Source of the DNA: Fimbriosthenelais zetlandica
Lineage: Eukaryota
Direction of reading: 5' to 3'
DNA length: 64,000 nt
Assembly: GCA_977030845.1 (NCBI GenBank)
Contig: OZ365109.1
Location: 9,858,001 to 9,922,000, forward strand
Position numbers and translations under genes: made by a program. Below the pieces are notes generated by a model. That model had not been told where the DNA came from. It worked only from the letters and a program-made list of their open reading frames with translations, and ran no database searches. Shown here in pieces: positions 39,480 to 52,215 of the stretch (positions within the stretch are counted from its first letter, which is position 1; the number at the start of each line of letters is the position of its first letter).

Positions 39480-39815
39480 GGTGAGAGAGTGAACGAGAGA
39501 GACAGAGAGAGAGAAGGGAGAGAGAGACAGAGAGAGAGAGAAGGGAGAGAGAGACAGAGAGAGAGAGAAGGGAGAGGGAGAGGGAGAGAAATAGATGAGA
39601 GAGGAGAGAGAAAGGGAGAGATGAAGGCAAGAGACTGGAGAGGAAGAGAAAGACGGGGAAATGAGGAGAGGGGAAAATGGGGCAAGAAAGAGATTTAGAG
39701 AGAAGGGGACAAGAAAGGGAGAGAGGGGTGACACGAAAGGAGAAAGCTAAGAACATGGAAGAGATGTAGAGGGGGAAAGAGAGGTGGGACAAGGGAAAGA
39801 GAGAGAGCGATAGTG
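39480..39815. repeat. (GA)n purine-rich tract with AGAGAGAAGGGAGAGAGAGAC duplications
   Basis: Direct reading. Confidence 0.85.
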
Positions 39816-41139
39816 AGAGAGATGGGGTTGGGGTGGGGGGGGGGGGGGGGGGTGGGGTTGGTGAGGGAGGGGGAAGTTTATGTGGGGAACTGGGTGAGTG
39901 GTTGGCGTTGTTGATCGCCTGATGCAGCAGCAGCTAGAGGAGTAGTCGGAGTAGGGGGAGGGAGCAGTAGTGGGGAGCGGCTGGTTCCAGCAGCACCACC
40001 ACCATCAACCAGCAGCAGACCTAGCAGCGTCCCCTTACCATACCCAGCTTTTGATCCTTCCACCGACCACGCGTTGATCCACCACCAGGGCACACTGACC
40101 TAAACCAGAGCAGTTGCGGACATATGTAACCACCACTACCACACACACATATATGTGTATCTAACATCAAACTATACCTGAAATAACTCAACCCGAACGG
40201 TAACTGCCTACCACTCACCCCCCCAGACAGTGTGGAGAAAGCCTTACGGATCTAGGTCGGAAGATCGCAGCGGATTTATTCGGATCGATTACAAGATGTT
40301 GAGGAGGAGGATCAATTGACCTGCCCACCAAGTTAAACACAGACGCTGGGGTGGGATACGGACGCGAGAACCACACATGTGATGTATTAACACCTGGACT
40401 ACCCCGCGGTATATATTTACCCTACTGATTACCTTTGGTGGATGTAAACAAAGCCAGGGACCGTATTGGTGGTTAAACATTTACTGCCAGTCTGATGGTG
40501 GGTGGTGGTGGGTATTGTCCGTAGCACAAGGTTGATTTAAATGGATCAATTACATTGTGGACAAAGTGAGGGCCGGTGGTCGCACTGACTAACTAAACAA
40601 GTGAGCCGAGCAATTCAACCCAACTGACACAGAGCCTAATTATCTCACTTATTGATAGCCAATATTTGTATTCTGGTCTCAACTCGGTTTCTATAAGGTA
40701 TTGACTGCAATACTGCAACTGGTCAATCTTCAACTGCCTCATTAAATTACTATATCTATTTGAAATTCATTGGTAATAGTATTCTCAAAACTGCTGTTGC
40801 AATCTTGTCAGCATTGAAGAAAGGGGCAAAATTAATCCAGTCAAAACTTATTGTTACCAACAGCCACCCTCTTCAACATTACAACTTTTGCAGATGATAT
40901 TTAATCATACTTCTAGTTGCGAAAACTTTTAATTCAAATTAATGCCTTTTTAAGAAATTGATTCTTCTCTTAAGTGGATTCTGGTTAACCATTGAATGGA
41001 TAATCATCGTATTTTCATGTTTTAAGTGAAAAACAGACCAAATCAATATATTGTAGACTTAAATTTGTCTTCATCAAAAGACTTATGGAAGGACAAGGAC
41101 TGTGAACTGAGCGTTGGATATTTAAATCAGAATCAAGGG

Positions 41140-41231
41140 ATGTGATTGGACTAAACTCAGCGTTCATCTGGATATAAAAAGACCCCAAAATGGCTTTTGG
41201 ATTGTTTCATGGCAGTGCAGGAAAGGTAAGC
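41140..41231 (+). promoter_or_regulatory. CCAAT-TATA promoter with candidate micro first exon
   Basis: GATTGG 41144-41149; TATAAAA 41173-41179; ATG at 41209 (and 41190); AAAG|GTAAGC donor at 41226. Confidence 0.55.
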
Positions 41232-42659
41232 CTAATTACTGCTTTTCCTATCAATTAGTATTAAAATACCATTATTGTTTAAGTGTTTATCATATAATTG
41301 TTATATATGATTCCACAATGCAAAGAATGGAATCCCATTAATGAAGAATCATTGTGACATTGGTTTTGTTAAATTTAAAATATTTTCCCATTTCTCTGAA
41401 AACAAAGAAAGGGACATCTCTGATAAGAATCTGACTATGCAACAATAGTATCTTTTTAAATCGCCTTTTATCTGTTTGTTTACATCTTCTTCCTATCTAA
41501 CCACCTTAGAAACTTCTATTAAAAGAAACACTTTAAAGGAAGTTGGGGGAGGGGGGGGGGGGTACGTTCCTTAAAGGTAACACTTGTAACGCACTCTCGC
41601 TATATGGGAGTGCCGCAGGGATCTCATGTAAGTTCTTCTAGCCTGATTTTCTCAGATAGTTCAATGGTCTTAGGTTAATTGATGGGTGGTTGATGTGCTG
41701 GCACATTTATGTGAACACTTGCTTTGACACTCGTCAGACAGTTTAACCTGGTGTAATTACATTAATGTACTACATCATTGCAATCCCAGGTATGTTAAAT
41801 GTATGCTATAATTTTCCATCGTGAAATTTTTGAACCAAGTTTATTGGACTTATTAGCTGATTCTTTTAGTCCATCGTTGGACCATTGAACACAGTTAAAT
41901 CGACCATGTTATTCTTCAATGGAAAAACTTGGTGAACTATTGAACTATTGAACATTGACATTGTTGGTCTTGTTTGGTTAGTCACAAGTTGGACAAATCT
42001 CATTAAACTTCATGTATTAGTTTAAATGAATTTCGATCTCCTTCTTCCTCTCCCTGCATTCTCTCTCTCTCCAATCACAGAGTATAGACCTACACTCACA
42101 GTCACCCTCTCACTCTCTATCTCTCCTTCTCCATGTGCCTCCGCTCTCCCTCCCTCTCCCATCCCCCTCTCTCCTCTCTCCCTCTCTGTCCTCTTAACTC
42201 AATTGATTGGCTCTCGTAGGACAAGAGGACTCACTCTCGGGTGGAACTCTCTAGGGAGGAGGCTCGAATCCCACATGTCACCCACTTAACGCCGCCATCT
42301 TGTTCCCTCTTTGTTCTGATTGGTCCATTCACACACGCTAACAACCTATCATTCCCTTTTTCCTTTTCCTGAAACTTTGTTTTTGATTCTCGTTATGAGG
42401 CAGTGATGCCAAGATGTTCTAATTATTCTCAAATTTCTCTTAATAATCCAAATAATGTCATAAAGTTCTTGACTAGAACTATGAATGTTAATTAATTCTG
42501 AAAGGATGCAGAATTGATTTCATTTCAAATTGAGAAATGTTGACTACTTCAAACGGTATTTATCCATGATCAACAAGATGTGGTAAATACGATACAATAT
42601 GACTTTTACTCAGGAGTTAATTATTAGAGGAACATTTGCGGTAGGAAATACTGGGCCTA

Positions 42660-43050
42660 CCCCTGCTTTTAAAAGGCCACGTTAGGGACGCTCTAAAATG
42701 CTGTCATTACAGGAAGTAGTTCTCTGGGGGAAGTAGATGACGCTGCAGTAGCAGCGTCCATGACAATGAATATTTGATACCAGCATTAGAGCATGGATTG
42801 CTAGCTGGGCATTCTGATTGGTTGAAGGAGGTCACGTGACCAAGGTCAGACCAAGGGTCATGGTAATTACATGGCATATCTCATGATTTAGGCTGCGCAT
42901 GCGCAAAACCTCATAGCTGTGATGTAGTGCAGAGAGATAACATGGTTTTATGATCGCAACATGCGAGAAAATATGATCTTATGATCTTACACGCCCATCA
43001 CAAATCATGCACGACAGGGCCGTGGACGGGGAGGGGCCGGCAGCTAAAAT
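42660..43050. promoter_or_regulatory. Promoter-like module (ETS, CCAAT, USF E-box, nuclear-receptor half-sites, NRF1)
   Basis: CAGGAAGT 42710; TGATTGG ~42815; GTCACGTGAC 42831-42840; AGGTCA 42843; TGCGCATGCGCA 42894-42905. Confidence 0.65.
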
Positions 43051-43924
43051 ATTAATGTATTGGTTTTAGCATGAATTGAAAATCACTGTAGACACAGTGA
43101 GGGAGAGAAAGAGAGTGAGCGAGACTGAAAAAGATAATTATCTCATATTTATGACAGAAATATAATTATGCAAGTTAGAGACATGATCAATAGAGAATAA
43201 AATTAATATTGGAGTTTGAGGCATTTATTATTGAAGAAATAACATTATGAAACATTTCTCTATATCAAATCAGAATCTATTGGATTCTGTCATATAATTT
43301 CAACTATTGATTATACTTGAAGGACATAATACTATATCAGCAGACCACTGAATATATTATTATGAAGGCCCACCTCAGAAGCACCTCCTATATGCCTTTG
43401 TGACATCAAATTTGATTGTTACAATACAGTTATCCCTCTGAGAATATTGTTTGATAATTTAACCTTTAATCCCCTCTGAGTCTCTTTCTGCCCCCATCCC
43501 CTCTCTTTGCTCCCCTCTCCCCATTTCTCTCTCTCTCTCCTTCTCTTCACTCCCTGTACCTTCTCTCACGTCTCTCCTTTTCGCTTCCTCCATCACTCCC
43601 AAGCCATGCAGGGGAAGGGTGCACCCTTCCGCTCCCAGCAGATCATAGACCATATAGACCTCCCCACCCTATCCTTCTCTCCTCCCTCTCCTCTCCTCCC
43701 CTCTCATTCTCCCTCTCCTCCCCAGCCACCCATCATCCCCACCTGCCCTATATATAGTTATACCTCCATTATATCCCACTCCTGCATATTCACTCCTTCT
43801 TGTCTGGAGAATTCTACATCCAGCCCGCCCACCAATAATCTGATTTATCCCCGCCCCTTCCCCCAGCTCCTACTACAAATCCCATTACCATTCAAATCCA
43901 ATACCCTGACCTAACTTGATTTTT

Positions 43925-44035
43925 CACGCCGGACTGAGTCAGGTTGCCATAGCAACGGATCTAAATTCATTATGGGTGGTTACCATGGTAGGGGCAGGAT
44001 GATGGAGGAGGGGGGAGAGTGACACCTCTAGTGGG
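43925..44035. promoter_or_regulatory. RFX + CTCF-like module between C-rich and G-rich tracts
   Basis: GTTGCCATAGCAAC 43943-43956; GACACCTCTAGTGG 44021-44034. Confidence 0.5.
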
Positions 44036-45308
44036 GAGAGGTGAGGGATGGGGGAGCGTCAGAGAAACGTCACTCTCCCTGTCACCTTCATTTGGCACTC
44101 GCTGAGGCAAAGACCTTTAAACCTTTCCTTATTTATTTGTTTGTTTTATACTATCTGCATTATATCTTCTGTAGTTAAACGTTTGGTATTTAATATTCAA
44201 ACCTCTGTTCCGATCCATCCCTTCCCTACCTGCCTTCCCACGAAACTCACCCTTTCCCTTCCCTTTCCTCCCATGTCCTCTCCATCACTTCCTTTGCATT
44301 CCCCACTCGTATAATATACAGGTTCCTACTATCTCCCCATTCCCTTTCTTTTCCACCACCCGCCATCATCTTTTTCATCCCCTCGCTCTCATCCCCTCCT
44401 ATTCCCTCCCCTCCCCTTCCCACACCAAACCCTTCCTCAATCTGCTCTGTGGATGGCTTCCCGTCCATTCTCTCCTCATGCACCACCGTTCCCCACCTTC
44501 CTCTCCCCTTTAAGGCGAAGAGTCTGTGGCCTATCTAAGTACTACCATTCTCGAAAGTTCAAAATTAGAATAACCTAAATAAATAACCATTAAATTATTT
44601 AAGAAATAAAACACAATATTTAGAACTAGAAATTTTTAATGAGTGAGTAGATGAAAATGCCTCTCAGTCTAAGGTCATTTACATAATGATGTACTAATGA
44701 CTTTAACACCTCCCCAATAGAAGTGAGCCTTTTCCTACATGTCACTCCCCCTTCCCCTCCCACTCCCCACCCTCCACATTCCACCCCCACCCCCACACCC
44801 CCACCCCCACACCCCCACCCTCACACCCCCATAGGTCCAGGGCTGAGAGACCAGAGTACCTCCTGGCCATAGAAGCCCATGCCAAATTAGATGTAAACAC
44901 GGACTGACCATGTAGCCACAAATGGCAGTGGTCGCCTGCTCCCCACCCATCCCACTTCCCTCCTACCCACTCCTCACCTCCCCCTCCCCCCTCCCTTCCC
45001 CCGCCTACCCTCAGGGAGACTCTCAACTAAAGCCTACTCTTCCATTTTAAAGGTATATATATTGCTCGGTATCTCACTTTCATCACTCTCTTGTTCTCTC
45101 TCCATCTCTCTAGTTCTCTAGCACTTTCTCTAGCTCTCGCTCTCTTTTACTCTTTTCTCTCCCCCCCCCCCCTCTCTACCTCCTCTCTAGCTCCCTCTAT
45201 CTACCTCTCACTCTTTCGTTCTCCCTCTCACTCTCTCTGGCTCTTTATCGCTCTCGACTCATTCTCTCTCTCCCTCTCTCTCTACTTTCATGGGCAGTAC
45301 TAACCCCC

Positions 45309-45513
45309 TGTTGTACAAGGAACCTCGCCAATGGCGAGGGTTGGCGAGGGCAACCTCGCCGAGCGTTTGCTTTGTTCAAGTACTGTTTTCTTGAAAAACT
45401 TCCTTGTTGCATTGTCCAAGCTCTGTTTTCTCAAAAATATTGTTTGTACAATACAACCGCTCGGCGAGGGTACCCTCCCTCACCCTCGCCATTGACGATT
45501 TTCTTGTACAACA
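45309..45513. mobile_element. Small TIR element (MITE-like), family unassigned
   Basis: Imperfect ~55-bp inverted termini TGTTGTACAAG...CCTCGCCGAGCG / CGCTCGGCGAGG...CTTGTACAACA; internal palindrome CCTCGCCAATGGCGAGG; no target-site duplication seen. Confidence 0.65.
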
Positions 45514-47759
45514 TCATGTATATAGCTAAAAGAGCCTATTATCCAGATAACTATTCACCATTACATTATAACAAATTATATATCTTTGTTCTCCATCATG
45601 TACAATGGAGTTACTAATTTCTCAAGTCATTTTTGGAAGGAACAGTGTGTCGTCTTGAGGGCCTGAAACGAACACGGGTACCCACTCTGGTTGCGAGGGC
45701 CCCGGCCTCCCCACGCACCCACTCACTCATACATGGCCTACAGGAACCTGTGACAATAATCTGAATAGGCCTACTGGTTGGAGAACAGTTGTATCAGGTC
45801 TGTCCTCGAGGGCATTTTAATGGCATTTTGTTCTCTTTGGGTCATTATGCCCACCCACTTATTGGTTTTGTTCTGAGAAATGGCCATTTAAAGCACAAAA
45901 ATGTAGGTGATCTAGGTCCCTTGAGTCTGATTGCAATTGGTACTATAGGAGCAGTTATAGAGGTGACGAAATGTGGACAACAAATTTCATATGTAAAGTC
46001 GCATTTTTTTTTCTTGGAACTAGGAACATTTATTTCTAAGCCTACGACCGGGGAATACCCGGGTTCTTAGCGGTAATTAATATTTCAAGGGAAAAAAAGA
46101 AAGAAGAGAAAAGAAACAAACAACAAATCAGAGTAGCCCCTTCGCAATCCTAGTCCACAATAAAATCGACAGAGAGAAGTAGGTTACAAAATGTAGAGTG
46201 AGGGGTGACAGGGCAGGCTCGTGACTAGTGGTGAGAACTAGTGGCTCCCCCTACGGACTGCCCACGCCTCACAGATGTCATTTACTACCGCTGCGTGTTG
46301 CCACCTCCTTCCCTAGCTGCTCTACCAGGCTGATGATTGCTGGAATGGTGGCTTTACAACTTGCTGAAATTCAACAACAAAAAATATTAAAAAAAATAAA
46401 ATGGCTATCGATGTTAAGTATAAAGACTGTGCGACGCAAAACGTCTGAATTATTATAGAAGGAACAACTGAAATGGTTGCACACAATGCCCAGTTTCACT
46501 TTGTTAGTATTTTGTTATTATGAAAATGAGCATCGTCTGATTGGTATGGTATTTAAGGTTGTAGCAATATATTTAGTCCTGTGTGTGATGATTCCTCACT
46601 CCTCATTGGTCCTTTCTGTGACTGGTTGACTTACTAACTGACTGACTGGCTTGCTGCTTGGTTGCTGCATTGACTGAGTTGCCTGGGATTGGGAAGCATT
46701 TCCATAGACTACTCATTGAGCAGTATATGTGTGCATTATGTACATGTATGAGAAGTCTTATTCTGACGAAACTTTCTGAAATGCTGACAAGTAACCACAT
46801 TGAGGCCATTCAAGTAATTTGAAAAACAATTTTTTAAGCCCGAAACGAGATTGTGATTAGCACGATAATAATGGACTGGGACATGTTGATTTCATAGGGG
46901 GAATGTAATGTATTTACTTAAGCACATTGTTGCACCAAAGCACCACTTTGTTCTATTTAAAAACATTGGAAATTGGACCATTTTGTAAGCTGCGAAATAA
47001 TCCCTGTTTGACCTATATCTGAGATTAACCCTTTTGACCCGGAGATTTGCATTATAAATTAGTATGCATTGAAGCAATGAACACCCAACAGCCAGCTCTC
47101 TCCTATGATTAGGCTTTATGAGCTATAAGAGTCAATGTAACTAAAGAAACAAGTCAGCCAAGCCTGTCATTATGGCGAGTGTGGAGACGCCCCCTTGTGA
47201 CAGTGCTCAGCACCAAGGACTGCCTTCAGCAAGCAGTGATAGAATGGGTGCAGGTGGTGGCGGCGGGGGGCTCTAGGGGCTTAACCCTCCCCCCCCCCCC
47301 CCTCCAACGCGACTCACACACACACAAACGCCCTTCCAGCTGAATCTAGATGTAGGGATTATGCCTAAATAGGCCTACAGTTTGTATATTGTATATTATA
47401 TTAATAGTATAGGCCTTTCCCCAAGGCCATCACAGGACTGATTTTAAGATTCCACTAGAATAGGCTTACTTTGAATTAAATTAAAGTTTTTTAACGGGTG
47501 GAGGATGGGGTTTTAGGTCTAACACAAACAGATCTAGCCCGCACCCCTGTGATTAAGACCCCATATAATAAGAGATTGAAATGACAGATTTTGTAAGGGG
47601 GTGGTTGGAGGGGGGGGGGGGTTAGAATACCAACCCATGCAATGGGGCTTATAGATCTATATCCCCCGACCACCACCTCCTTGGAAGTGGGGGTAGGTTA
47701 CATAGGCTCCCCCCCCCCCGACATCCCCCCCCCCCCTGTATTACCCTTGCTCTGCCAGT

Positions 47760-48050
47760 GGCCAGTCACCACTCGTGGACGAGCTGAGTAGTTTTGATGA
47801 GGATTGTTTCTCTTGCTGTTTCCTCTCTCACTGAAATTACCACTCAACAGGCGATAGGGGACGCTCGGCGCACACAATGTAGCTTTTTAATGATGGCGGC
47901 CATGTTGGACTTAGTCACGTGTCTCGAGGGTCCTCCAACAAACACACTAATAATGCCGCCTGGTGGCCGTCGTGTTCCCATAGCAACGCGTGCGGGCTCA
48001 GCCGCGAATTAAGGCAAGTGAGAAGTGCACACTCGTAGTGACAGCGCTGG
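47760..48050. promoter_or_regulatory. Promoter-like module (YY1, E-box, CTCF-like, RFX)
   Basis: ATGGCGGCCAT 47893; GTCACGTG 47914; TGCCGCCTGGTGGCC 47954-47968; GTTCCCATAGCAAC 47974-47987; G-rich right flank. Confidence 0.65.
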
Positions 48051-48199
48051 TGGGGGAGTGGGGGGAGTGGGGGTGGGGGGCGGGGGGCACTGTCAGAGCA
48101 GAGGCAGCACTTAGGGAAAGGCTGGTCGCGGTGGCTACAGTACTCTGATTGTCACTCTTAACACTAGAGAGAGCCGCCATGGCCCCAGACGCCCCACTC

Positions 48200-48640
48200 C
48201 TACCGCGCTCTCTCATCTCACCGCCCTCCTCACAGTCCTCCTCCTCCTACTCTATCTCCCTCCTTCTATCTCTCTCTCTCTCACTTCTCAGGTCTCACTT
48301 CTCTCGTTGCTCCCAGTCTCTCTTCCTCTCTAAATGTAGCTTGCCACTCCCAGTACTCCTGGCTTCGTGTAGGCCTAAATAGGCCTACTCTCCTTCCTCT
48401 CTTTATCTTCTTTCCGTATACTCTCTCCCCCTCTCCTTTATATTCTCTCTTTAATCTCTCTTTAACCTTTCTTATCTCTCTGCTCCCCCACCCCTCCTCC
48501 TTCTCAGTCCCCTCTCTCTTTCCCTCTCTATCCCTCTCTCTCTCAACCTCTTCTGAAGGGTCTCTCGCCTCCCCCTTTACTCTCCCTCCCCTTCAATGTC
48601 CCACTCAAGCCGTGCCTCTCTCTCCACTACTCCCTCATGT
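48200..48640. repeat. CT-rich low-complexity tract
   Basis: Direct reading. Confidence 0.85.
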
Positions 48641-49234
48641 TTTTTTCCAATCTGGTGTTATCGCTTCTCTTGGCTGCCTATCTTTACTTTGTAGCAACGT
48701 TACCCTGTGGTAGAAAAACTTGGTGGGAACACAATTCAGACAGATCATTTATTGGAAACCATGGACACCAAAAGTCTTATCTATTGCTCCAAATTCTTTT
48801 CTATTGGTTATATTCATGAAATTTTGAGATTAGGCCTATATTAAAAATTAGATCCCTTTTTCATCTCTCGCCCTGGATCATTTGTTAGAAACCATGAATG
48901 ATTTACTCCGAGATTATTTTTCATTAGTTCCATTTATCAATGACAATTTTAAGATTATCTTTTGATTTATATTAAACTCAAAAGATCTCTCTAAACACTT
49001 GACTTGACATTATCAACATTTTTCCTTTCCTCTCTCCATCAATCTGCCTGACATCTTCATTATACTTTCCTTCCCTTTACTTTTCTCCTCCGTTTAGATA
49101 GTTCCTTCCCTTCCCACCTTGTCATTTTCTCACCTCCCCCTCCCACCTCCTCCAGCCTCTGTCTCTCTCTCACTTACTCTCCCATCAGGAGTAGTTCACT
49201 AGGAGACACAAAAATAGGGCCAATTCCCACCGAT

Positions 49235-49600
49235 TCATTCCCATTGTGCGCGTTTCTTGCGCCTGCCTAAATAAGCCCTGGGCAATCTGTGTCGGGAGTG
49301 TAGCCGTCGGCCCGCCCACTGCGGTAATTCTGCGCGTCGCCCATGGAAAATGATGGCGAATTGTTCTGGCGTTTGCGGAGAGTGGAAAAAGTGCGCGGGA
49401 TGACTACCGAGTATTTATGGCTGATTGACACGGGAATCGCGCCCACAAATTAGCCCCCATTCTCACGCGGCCCCCGAGATGCTGCTCACCGCCACCTCGC
49501 GACAATCCGAGAACTCCAACAAGGCCCAGGCCCTGTTACTACTGCTGCCAGCGGCGGAAATACTGCCGCTCGAAAACGTAGTCCCCAGAGTCCTAATGCC
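49235..49600. promoter_or_regulatory. CpG-island-like promoter module
   Basis: High CpG; ATGGCG 49353; TGATTGACA 49422 (PBX/PREP-like); G-rich right flank with GAG|GTAAGT at 49715. Confidence 0.55.
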
Positions 49601-50787
49601 CCAGGGCTGGTAGGTATTAGTACGCCATCGTCCTTGACACACGAGGCATCCTTGAACATGGCAAGGAAGTGGGTGATGGAAGGGGGGATGGTGGTGGGTG
49701 AGAGGGAAGGGGAGGTAAGTGGGAGGGGGAAGAAGGCTTAGAAGGGATCAGAGGAGAGACAGGAATCCGTTTGCATGTAGACCGAGAGAGTGAGATGAGT
49801 CGTGGAGGGCACATGAGTCAATGGAATGGGGTCACGAGGGAGCGCTCCATTAACAATGGGCATGGGTATGGATGAGTGCTTAAATTAATGTAAACACTGA
49901 CATGCAAAAAAGCAAAAAAGCTTTAAATCATTAATGATAATGCAGGCATCACTCTATTACAGTCCATGCTATAGTCAACATGGTTTGGATACTATGTTCA
50001 GCAATTGATCAGCAATTGTTTGTCTTTATTAATCTAGAGTAACCAGGAGGAAGAAAGAAAATGTCAGATAAAATACAGAATTTTTCTTAGCTGTATATCA
50101 GGCCGAACCTCTTCTTCTCGTGCTTCCTGGTGCCATAATATAAAACATATTAAAATTTGATAATTAATGTCGAACGGGCCAACGCCATTCTTTTGCTAAT
50201 ATCCTACAGCTTGGAAAACATCATGCATTATTTTACAGTGATTGTTACATGAGTAAACTGCATGCATAACAGACGACAAGGAGCCGAAAATTATTTGTAC
50301 ATGTATACCTAATATTAAATAAAATATTAGTCATAATATATCATACCTTTACAATTGATTGCAAAGGAAGTTGCAACAATTCTGTTAGTTTCATGAAAGA
50401 TCACTTTCGTTAGTCCAGAAAGAATGTAATCATTATATTGGAGTTTCAATGTAGTTTCCATGTAGTGAACTCCCTTTGAGATGACTTTCAAATGACATTT
50501 ATAAAAAAGCCAGAATTAGACATAGGCCGGAATCATCGTGAAATGCCAGAGGTCTGAACAAGTCAAGTTGTTGTCAGATATGCCCTGACATTTGCCTTGC
50601 TGTCATTTCATTCAAACAATTATTCTATTGAAAAGTTCTCTGGGCTGAAAGGAAACTTGTATCTGGAATACATGTACAGTATATTACCTGAGCTATTAGG
50701 ACCATGGCAGAGTGGAACTCTCCGCCGAGGAGGTTGTAAGTATCACACTTCCGGTCTGAGAGTTACCAATAGGTTCTTTTTAGATAC

Positions 50788-51633
50788 ACAAGGGCCTTCG
50801 GCCACTAAGCAAATAGAAAATAATTTGTTTAAATTTAAGTGTAAAAGACTAAATTTAAAAATAAAATCGATCAGCCCCTGTAGGCAAACTAAGAAAATAC
50901 AAAGTAGCCTAGGCCTACATTGATTACATGCTAACACTAACAGCAGTTTGAATTTTCCCTATAGGCCTAGATCATATAAATGCCTGTAATATTATAATTA
51001 TATTAAATTTAGGGCCTATCGGTGACACTGAAATCGCAATAGCCCATGGTTTACCGGTATATTACGGATTTATCTTACGGAAATACTAATTATTATTAAT
51101 TTATATTGTCAGTGACATAGTGTATCTGATTGAAGACCAAAATTTGGCAGGGCCTAATATTTAGCCTCGGTGTTATTGTCATGTTTTAATATTTGTTTGC
51201 GAATTCCCTGACATGCACTGACATGTATTAAATGAAATATTAAACAAAATATATATCTGAAGTCACTGACAATATAAATCAATAATAATTAGTATTTCTG
51301 TAATATAAATCCGTAATATAAACCATATTGCGATTTCACTGTCACCGATAGGCCCTAAACTTAAGATAATTATAATATTACAGGCATTTATATGATCTAG
51401 GCCTATAGGGAAAATTCAAACTGCTGTTAGTCTTAGCATTTAATCAATGTAGGCCTAGGCTACTTTATATTTTCTTAGTTTGCCTACAGGGGCTGGTCGA
51501 TTTTATTTTTAAATTTAGTCTTTTACACTTAAATTTTAAATTTAGTCTTTTACACTTAAATTTTAAATTTAGTCTTTTACACTTAAATTTAAACAAATTA
51601 GTTTCTATTTGCTTAGTGGCCGAAGGCCCTTGT
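50788..51633. mobile_element. Long foldback element (~330/370-bp inverted arms, ~145-bp spacer)
   Basis: 50788-51116 is reverse-complementary to 51262-51633 at high identity; the right arm carries three tandem copies of a 27-bp unit present once in the left arm. Confidence 0.85.
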
Positions 51634-51739
51634 TTATTTTTAAAAATCCTCCGCCCCCCCCCCCCCCCCCCCCCCCCCCCCCGCCATCTATAAGGTGGTC
51701 CCACCATTTGGAATCAGTCTACAGTTGGCTTTCCATAGG

Positions 51740-51855
51740 AGGTTAGTTTTCAATGATGCCGTTCACGAAATCCGAATGATGTTCTGCTTGTCTGAAAAGG
51801 TTAGTTTTCCATGATGCCGTTCACGAAATCCGAATCATGTTGTGCTTGTCTGCAA
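51740..51855. repeat. Tandem duplication, 58-bp period
   Basis: AGGTTAGTTTTC(A/C)ATGATGCCGTTCACGAAATCCGAAT... at 51740 and 51798. Confidence 0.9.
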
Positions 51856-51974
51856 ATAGCCTCGCCCTTTTCGGCAATTTTCTCGTTTACTTTTTATAGA
51901 ATAGGGAGTAGGGTAAGTAATCAATTTGTACAGAATGAACATTCGCCCGCTCAAGTACAAAAAAACGTGTATAT

Positions 51975-52215
51975 AAACAAACTCTCGCCGGGCGATAATA
52001 GAGGTTCATGGGGGTTCTTTCACTTCCGGCCGAATCGCCCATCATAGCCCCATGTGTCTTAAATAAACATCGGGTCGGCTGGCCGCTGTTGAATGAGAGA
52101 AGCCCGGTGATTGGCCGATTTAACAGTTGTGGGCGGATTCAATCCAATCCGGGCCAATCCGGGCCGTCGTTACAAATCAGTCATTCAACGGGCTTCTCTC
52201 AACGGGCTTCTCGAA
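51975..52215. promoter_or_regulatory. Promoter-like module (ETS, CCAAT cluster, GC box)
   Basis: ACTTCCGG 52022; GATTGGC ~52109; GGGCGG ~52131; CCAATCCGGG twice in 52144-52163. Confidence 0.55.

Noticed and set aside
42259-42272. B-box-like GGCTCGAATCCC
   Set aside because: No A box at the correct spacing and no cloverleaf.
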